Shown here piece after piece: positions 54,873 to 64,000 of a DNA stretch of 64,000 bases (positions are counted from its first letter, which is position 1; each line of letters starts with the position of its first letter). The notes beneath the pieces are model-generated. The model saw only the letters and a list, made by a program, of their open reading frames with translations, did no database searches and had not been told where the DNA came from. Location of the stretch: contig OZ245936.1 in the NCBI GenBank assembly GCA_965229975.1, positions 1,345,539 through 1,409,538 on the forward strand. The letters are read 5' to 3'. The DNA comes from Parvibaculaceae bacterium. GTDB lineage: Bacteria; Pseudomonadota; Alphaproteobacteria; CGMCC-115125. Both the position numbers and the translations under genes were made by a program.

Positions 54873-57104
54873 ATGCCGCAAGTCAGGACAACGTGCAGCC
54901 TGTGCGAAGCGTCGTGCGGGGCCGTGATGACGGTCGAGGACGGCACGATCCAGAAGGTCATGGCCGACAGGGAAGACGCCCTCTCCGGCGGCTTCATTTG
55001 CGCCAAGGGCGCGGCCATTCCCCAACTCGAGGCCGACCCGGACCGGGTGCGCGGGCCGCTGGTGCGCAAGAACGGCGAATTGCAGCCGGCAAGCTGGGAC
55101 GAGGCCTTTGCGCTGGTCGATGAGCGCTTGAGCGCGATCATCGCCGAGCACGGGCGGCAGGCAGTGGCCATCTACGCAGGCAACGCGCTGGCCCATAACC
55201 TTTCCATGGTCACCTATTTCGAAGACCTGGTACGGGCGCTGGGCTCCACCAATTTCTTTACGGCGGGCAGCCTCGACCAGAACCCGCGGCAGGCGGTGTC
55301 CGGCCTCCTCTACGGAGATGAATTCTCCCTCAACATTCCAGACATCGACCGGTGCCAGCTCTTGTGGGTCATGGGCGCGAACCCGGCAGAATCGAATGGC
55401 AGCATGATCGTTGCGCCGGGGTTCGTCGGACGGATGCAGAAGCTGCAGGCCCGTGGCGGCAGGGTCGTCGTGTTCGATCCCCGGCGGACGATGACGGCGG
55501 AGCGGGCGAGCGAGCACATCGGCATCCGGCCTTCGGGCGATGCTGCATTCCTGGCGGGCGTTGCCAACGTTCTGCTGTCGCTCGGACCACCACAGACCAC
55601 CGCGCTGTCGCTGGTGGACGATCTCGGCGCGGTCTCGGACTGGCTGGCGCCGTTCACGCCGGAGCGTGTGGCCGGTGCCTGCAACATCGACGCGGAGACG
55701 ATCCGGCGGCTGGCGACGGAGCTGCGGGAGACCGGGGCGGCGGCGGTCTACGGGCGGATCGGCACGACGACGCAGAGCTTCTCCGCCCTCACCTGCTGGC
55801 TGATCGACCTCGTCAACATCCTCGCGGGCAACCTCGATACGGTCGGCGGCTCGATGTTCGCCAAGCCGCTGCTGGCGCAGCCGAATACGCTGGGGCCCGG
55901 CGGCAGGGGCCAGGGCTTCCAGATCGGCAAGTGGACCTCACGTGTCAGCGGCGCGCCGGAGGCGCTCGGCCAGCTGCCGATGGCGTGCATGGCGGAAGAG
56001 ATCGAGACGCCCGGCGAGGGGCAGATCCGCGCGCTGATCACACTGGCCGGCAACCCGGCCACGTCGAGCCCGGACACCAGGCGGATGCGCGCGGCGCTCG
56101 ACAAGCTCGAGTTCCTCGTCTGCCTCGACATCTACCAGAACGAGACGTCAGCACAGGCGGACGTGATCCTGCCGTCGCCGCCGCGGCTAGCCAAAGCCAA
56201 CTACGACGCGTTCTTCTACCGCTTCGCGGTGCGGAACTACGGGCGCTATACGCAGGCCTACCGGCCGCTGGCTGAGGGTGAGCGGGGTGACCAGGAAATC
56301 TTCCTTCGGCTGATGGCCATCGTGCAGGGCCACGGGTGGGACGCGGATATCGCGGCACTGGATGCCGAGGCGTTCGCCGCCGCCGTCGGGCAGATGACGC
56401 AGCTTCCCGGTTCAGCGATCGAAGGCCGCGATGCCGGCGAGATCCTTGCCATGCTGCGTGACCTGCCGCCGATGGAGCAGCGGCTGGACTTCGGGTTGCG
56501 GATCGGGCCGTTCGGCGATGCGTTCGGCGCGCGCGAGGGGATCAGCCTGCAGACCCTCAAGGACTCACCGCAGGGTGTCGATTGCGGCCCGCTGGTGCCG
56601 CGTCTGCCCGAAGTCCTGCGCACGCAGTCCGGGCGCATTGAGGCCGCGCGTTCCATCTTTGGCGAAGAACTTCGGCGGCTCGAAGCCTGGCTCGGCGAGC
56701 CCCGGCCCCGCTTCGCGCTGATCGGGCGGCGGCAGCTTCGTTCCAACAATTCGTGGTTCCACAATCTGGAGCAGCTGACTCACCGGACGCGGGAATGCAC
56801 GGTGCAGATCAACCCGGCCGACGCACGGGACCTCGGGATCACCTCCGGTGAAACAGTGAGCGTCGCCACGCGGCAGGGCCGCATTGAACTGCCCGCCGAG
56901 GTGACGGACAGCATTGCCTCGGGCGTCGTCTCCATCCCGCATGGCTGGGGGCACGCGTCGCTCGGCGGCAAGATGTCGGTGGCGGCAGCCAACCCGGGCG
57001 TCAACGTCAACACCATCGTCGACTATGACGAGATCGACCCGCTAACGTGGAACGCGCGGCTCAACGGCGTGGCGGTTGAGGTGGCGCGGGTTGCGACGGA
57101 CTAG
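54873..57104 (+). CDS. Cytoplasmic molybdopterin (bis-MGD) oxidoreductase, DMSO-reductase superfamily, uncharacterised clade
   Basis: GGAGG RBS, ATG 54873; TC.LCEA.CG...C.KG 4Fe-4S motif; GANP.ESNGS, DPRRT.TA, NP..S.P, C-terminal N..DA..LG...G, PHGWG; no Tat signal. Confidence 0.9.
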   Translation: MPQVRTTCSLCEASCGAVMTVEDGTIQKVMADREDALSGGFICAKGAAIPQLEADPDRVRGPLVRKNGELQPASWDEAFALVDERLSAIIAEHGRQAVAIYAGNALAHNLSMVTYFEDLVRALGSTNFFTAGSLDQNPRQAVSGLLYGDEFSLNIPDIDRCQLLWVMGANPAESNGSMIVAPGFVGRMQKLQARGGRVVVFDPRRTMTAERASEHIGIRPSGDAAFLAGVANVLLSLGPPQTTALSLVDDLGAVSDWLAPFTPERVAGACNIDAETIRRLATELRETGAAAVYGRIGTTTQSFSALTCWLIDLVNILAGNLDTVGGSMFAKPLLAQPNTLGPGGRGQGFQIGKWTSRVSGAPEALGQLPMACMAEEIETPGEGQIRALITLAGNPATSSPDTRRMRAALDKLEFLVCLDIYQNETSAQADVILPSPPRLAKANYDAFFYRFAVRNYGRYTQAYRPLAEGERGDQEIFLRLMAIVQGHGWDADIAALDAEAFAAAVGQMTQLPGSAIEGRDAGEILAMLRDLPPMEQRLDFGLRIGPFGDAFGAREGISLQTLKDSPQGVDCGPLVPRLPEVLRTQSGRIEAARSIFGEELRRLEAWLGEPRPRFALIGRRQLRSNNSWFHNLEQLTHRTRECTVQINPADARDLGITSGETVSVATRQGRIELPAEVTDSIASGVVSIPHGWGHASLGGKMSVAAANPGVNVNTIVDYDEIDPLTWNARLNGVAVEVARVATD

Positions 57105-57206
57105 GAAGGCGGTCTCAAGCTCTGCGCGAACATGCCTAACCCGGCAAAAGCCACGAGGCTCCTTGAACCTCGCAACTCAGGCTAGGAGGCAATTGACCTA
57201 GTCCGT

Positions 57207-58070
57207 TTATTTACCGATGGCCATCTCGTTTGCCCGAGAGTCTTCGTAGGCTCGCAGCGCTTCGGACGCCGTCATTCCGGCTTTGAGCCAATCTCCACTG
57301 AGAAGCTCCAACGCCCTGAGACTATCCGGCAACAATCCATAAGCTCTGCGAGCCGCCGGATCATCAGAGATGGTTGCGGCCCCGATGACCTGTTCCCCGC
57401 CCATCAACCCTGCGAGCCGCACTATCGTGTCAGCGAGGCAGCTATCCTGATCGTTCTGTGGGCGAGTCCGGTCCACGTAAAGAACATACTTCTTCAACTC
57501 TCCGGACTTGGCGCGGGAGAGGAGCCCGACGCAGCCATTTCCACCGCCATCCAGGAATAGCGTCAGCCGCCGGACGACACTCTCCTTTCTGATCGTGCCG
57601 TCCTTGATCCCCCGAACAAGCGCGCTCTTGTCGTCACTCGATAGATAAGAAATTCGGATGTTGGCGAATCCTGCGATCCACGCCCGGTCGAACGATACTC
57701 CCGACACTGCTCCAACTTCGTTGAAGACGTTGAGGATGTAATCGCGGTCAATCGCCGTACCGCCGTCGACCCAAACGGACACGTTCTTGGGCCACTTCGC
57801 AACGGTCTGTTCGCATGCCTCCGCACCAACGGCGAGTGTTGGGGTAGGCCCGGCAATCGTACTGCTGTCGGGAATGTCACAGCCGAGTACGAGCGCAAGC
57901 AGGGTTTCGAGATCGGAGTATGCTCTCTCACTCGGCACCCCCGCTCCCGAGGCAGTCTGCTGGATGTCGCGATGGAACTTTGGTCCGGACTGTTCCGCGG
58001 ACGCTGCGCCAGCGCTGATCATGGGCCATACAAAAATGGCCAGGCCGACGACGACGCGGCTAACAAGCAT
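57207..58070 (-). CDS. Secreted hypothetical protein, DUF2927-like (degenerate), lower GC
   Basis: Signal peptide MLVSRVVVGLAIFVWPMISAGAASA (ATG 58070); KWP..V.V, C.G, SC...I...GL, L.LL....L.AGMT..EA recall DUF2927. Confidence 0.6.
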   Translation of the reverse strand: MLVSRVVVGLAIFVWPMISAGAASAEQSGPKFHRDIQQTASGAGVPSERAYSDLETLLALVLGCDIPDSSTIAGPTPTLAVGAEACEQTVAKWPKNVSVWVDGGTAIDRDYILNVFNEVGAVSGVSFDRAWIAGFANIRISYLSSDDKSALVRGIKDGTIRKESVVRRLTLFLDGGGNGCVGLLSRAKSGELKKYVLYVDRTRPQNDQDSCLADTIVRLAGLMGGEQVIGAATISDDPAARRAYGLLPDSLRALELLSGDWLKAGMTASEALRAYEDSRANEMAIGK

Positions 58071-58163
58071 GCTTGGCTGCCAAAACCCATCATGCGTCCG
58101 GACCATGTGGCATGTCCGCGGTCTGCCTATTGCGTGGCATTGATGCGGATAAGTCCTGGACAC

Positions 58164-61631
<3,468 letters not shown>

Positions 61632-61712
61632 ACCGGAAGTCTACCGAAGCACCCTGCGGCCCGCCCACCGGCGACCGTGGTTATCCCCAGACTTTTAGGT
61701 TCGTCCCAATCC

Positions 61713-61803
61713 TGTCATGCCGCGGCTTGACCGCGGCATCCAGAGCAACTCGCGAGGGGAAACCCGGATGCCCTGGACCCCGCGGTCAAGCCGCGGGGTG
61801 ACA
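61713..61803. repeat. REP-type palindromic element (GTCATGCCGCGGCTTGACCGCGGCATCCA...TGGACCCCGCGGTCAAGCCGCGGGGTGAC)
   Basis: Two facing hairpins with CTTG/CAAG loops in the small ORF-dnaE spacer. Confidence 0.8.
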
Positions 61804-61816
61804 CGGTTGGACAGCC

Positions 61817-61924
61817 TCAGCCGGCGATGCCCTGAGCCTGGGCGGCGGCGGTGAGGGCGAAGCCGCTCCACATGACGGCGCCGAGAACGATGAGCGCCGC
61901 GGTGTCCTTGATCCATTCCGACAT
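61817..61924 (-). CDS. sidA: 35-aa single-pass membrane protein, probable SidA-like SOS cell-division inhibitor (not in ORF track)
   Basis: MSEWIKDTAALIVLGAVMWSGFALTAAAQAQGIAG*; AAGGAGG RBS; LexA box in promoter; located between lolD and dnaE. Confidence 0.72.
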   Translation of the reverse strand: MSEWIKDTAALIVLGAVMWSGFALTAAAQAQGIAG

Positions 61925-61949
61925 GACCAGCCTCCTTGGTTGAGGCCGC

Positions 61950-61980
61950 ATCATGTTCCTGTTTTGTTCTTTTTGTCAAG
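61950..61980 (-). promoter_or_regulatory. sigma70 promoter with perfect LexA (SOS) box
   Basis: TTGACA-N18-CATGAT on the minus strand, with GAAC-AAAACAG-GAAC (forward 61955-61969) lying between -35 and -10. Confidence 0.88.
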
Positions 61981-62013
61981 AGCCGGTTTGCGGACGGATT
62001 TTTCGCAGGTTTC

Positions 62014-62721
62014 CTAGAGGGAGTTGTCGGTGATCGCGAGTTCGGCGCCGTCGACCAGCCGGCCCTCGTGAAGCAGGACCACGCGGTCCATGGCGCGGGC
62101 AAGGTCGAGGTTGTGGGTGGCGACGAGGGCGGCGACGCCCTCCCCCCGCGTGAGGGCCACGAACTCGTTGAAGACGCCGCGCGAGGTCTTGGGGTCGAGG
62201 TTGCCGGTGGGCTCGTCGGCCAGTAGCACGCGGGGCTGGTTGGCCAAGGCGCGGGCGATGGCGACGCGCTGCTGCTCGCCGCCCGAGAGCTGCGCCGGGC
62301 GATGTTCGAGACGGCCTTCGAGGCCGAGGCGGCCCAGCAGGCGCTCGGCGACGGGGATGGCCTGCTTGCGGCCGACGCCTGCCACCATCTGCGGCAGGAC
62401 GACATTCTCCAGCGCGGAGAATTCCGGCAGCAGGTGGTGGGCCTGGTAGACGAAGCCGAGGGAGACGCGGCGGATGGCCGTCTTCTCGTTGTCTGAGAGG
62501 CCAAGGCAGGGCCGGCCGCCGATAAAGACCTCGCCTCCATCCGGCTTTTCGAGCAGGCCGGCGATGTGGAGCAGTGAGGACTTGCCCGCGCCCGAGGGGC
62601 CGACCAGCGCTACCAGTTCGCCGGGCTGCACGGTGAGGTTGGCGCCGCGGAAGATGTGCAGCGGCACCTCGCCCTGCTGGTAGGTGCGTTCGACGTCGCG
62701 GAGTTCGAGGGCGGCGGTCAT
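62014..62721 (-). CDS. lolD: Lipoprotein-releasing ABC transporter ATPase
   Basis: [43 protein letters not shown]. Confidence 0.95.
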   Translation of the reverse strand: MTAALELRDVERTYQQGEVPLHIFRGANLTVQPGELVALVGPSGAGKSSLLHIAGLLEKPDGGEVFIGGRPCLGLSDNEKTAIRRVSLGFVYQAHHLLPEFSALENVVLPQMVAGVGRKQAIPVAERLLGRLGLEGRLEHRPAQLSGGEQQRVAIARALANQPRVLLADEPTGNLDPKTSRGVFNEFVALTRGEGVAALVATHNLDLARAMDRVVLLHEGRLVDGAELAITDNSL

Positions 62722-62728
62722 CGGGGCC

Positions 62729-63991
62729 TCACTCGTAGCGCAGGGCTTCGACGGGATCGAGGCTCGCAGCCCGCCAGCTTGGATAGATGGTCGCCAGCAG
62801 CGACAGGACCAGCGCCATGATGACGACCGAGGCCGTTTCGCCGCTGTCGATCTCGGCGGGCAGCTCGCTCAGGAAGTAGATCGCCGGGTCGAAGAGCTGT
62901 GCGCCGGTGAGGAAGATCAGCGCCTGGCGGATCGCCTCAATGTTCTCGCAGAAGACGACGCCGAAGACGAAGCCCGCCAGCGTGCCGATGACGCCGATAG
63001 AAGCGCCCGCGATGAGGAACACGCGCATGACGGCGCCGCGCGTGGCACCCATGGAGCGCAGGATGGCGATGTCCGGGCCCTTGTCCTTCACCAGCATGAA
63101 GAGGCCGGAGACGATGTTGAGGGCGGCGACAAGCAGGATCAGCGTCAGGATCATGAACATGACATTGCGCTCGACCTGCAGCGCGCCGAAGAAGGTCGAG
63201 TTGATCTGCTGCCAGTCATAGACCTGCGCGATCTGCCCGGCGGCCTCCTGCACCGCGGGCGTGAACGCCGTCACGCGGTCGGGCTCCTCGATCATCACCT
63301 CGATGCCGGAGACCGAGTCGCCCTTCTTGAAGAAGGACTGCGCCTCGGCCAGCGGCATGAAGATGAAGGAGCTGTCGTATTCCGACATGCCGATCTGGAA
63401 GGTCGCGGCGACCGTGTAGGCCTTGACGCGCGGCGTCGTGCCGAAGGGCGTGGAGGCGCCGCGCGGCGACAGGAGCGTCAGCTGGTCACCCACGTAGACG
63501 CCGAGACTGTCGGACAGGCGCGAGCCGATGATGACGGGCGAGCCGCCTTCCGCCTCGATGGTGCGGAAGGCATCCAGCGAGCCGTCCTTGATGCTGTCGG
63601 CGATGATCTCGAATTCGGCGAGGTCGTCGGTGGCGATGCCGCGGACGAGCGCGCCGCCCGCGCGCTGGCGGGCCGAGGCCATCACCTGCCCTTCCACCAG
63701 CGGCGTCACGCGGGTGACACCGTCCACCTGGCGGATGCGGGCGGCGGCGGCTTCGTAGTCGGGGAAGTCGCCGGTGACGGACTGCACCATCATGTGGCCG
63801 TTGAGGCCGAGGATGCGGCTGATGAGCTCGGTGCGGAAGCCGTTCATCACCGCCATGACGATGATCAGCGTCGCCACGCCCAGCATGATGCCGATGAAGG
63901 AGATGGTGGCGATGACCGAGATGAAGCCTTCCTTGCGGCGCGCCCGCAGGTAGCGCCCGGCGAGGAACCACTCGAAGCGCGAGAACGGCAT
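62729..63991 (-). CDS. lolC: Lipoprotein-releasing ABC transporter permease LolC/E
   Basis: [52 protein letters not shown]. Confidence 0.95.
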   Translation of the reverse strand: MPFSRFEWFLAGRYLRARRKEGFISVIATISFIGIMLGVATLIIVMAVMNGFRTELISRILGLNGHMMVQSVTGDFPDYEAAAARIRQVDGVTRVTPLVEGQVMASARQRAGGALVRGIATDDLAEFEIIADSIKDGSLDAFRTIEAEGGSPVIIGSRLSDSLGVYVGDQLTLLSPRGASTPFGTTPRVKAYTVAATFQIGMSEYDSSFIFMPLAEAQSFFKKGDSVSGIEVMIEEPDRVTAFTPAVQEAAGQIAQVYDWQQINSTFFGALQVERNVMFMILTLILLVAALNIVSGLFMLVKDKGPDIAILRSMGATRGAVMRVFLIAGASIGVIGTLAGFVFGVVFCENIEAIRQALIFLTGAQLFDPAIYFLSELPAEIDSGETASVVIMALVLSLLATIYPSWRAASLDPVEALRYE

Positions 63992-64000
63992 GGTGGACGC

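Overview
A 64-kb core-chromosome segment of a high-GC alphaproteobacterium. The evidence is the gene order pdhB-pdhA-ftsB...eno...kdsA-pyrG-secG-tpiA / ppiD-trpE / trpGDC-moaC-lexA / comEC-gltX-gltA / lpxB-lpxI-lpxA-fabZ-lpxD-skp-bamA-rseP-dxr-cdsA-uppS-frr-pyrH-tsf-rpsB / dnaE-lolD-lolC/E, plus GAAC-N7-GAAC SOS boxes and CtrA/GANTC motifs. Accessory blocks are inserted into this backbone: TetR-DUF1348-Tat cysteine hydrolase-YHS; ArsR-4xSRPBCC-DUF899-DUF1428; an autotransporter; queCEDF; a PleC/DivJ-like kinase; a molybdopterin oxidoreductase; and a DUF2927-like gene. I found no tRNA, rRNA, CRISPR array, transposase, integrase or phage gene. The main observations not shown by the ORF track are: (1) a 35-aa single-TM ORF (61817-61924) with a perfect LexA box in its promoter, between lolD and dnaE, probably a SidA-like SOS division inhibitor; (2) a 1-bp frameshift near the 3' end of comEC; (3) two 194-bp MITE/REP-like elements flanking kdsA, each with a different 25-nt central spacer; (4) dense CcrM/GcrA-type GANTC clusters upstream of ftsB and an acyltransferase, and a perfect CtrA box upstream of a divergent polysaccharide deacetylase; (5) readable operators for the ArsR regulator (probably leaderless mRNA) and the TetR regulator. 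All family assignments come from recognising motifs by eye, not from database searches.
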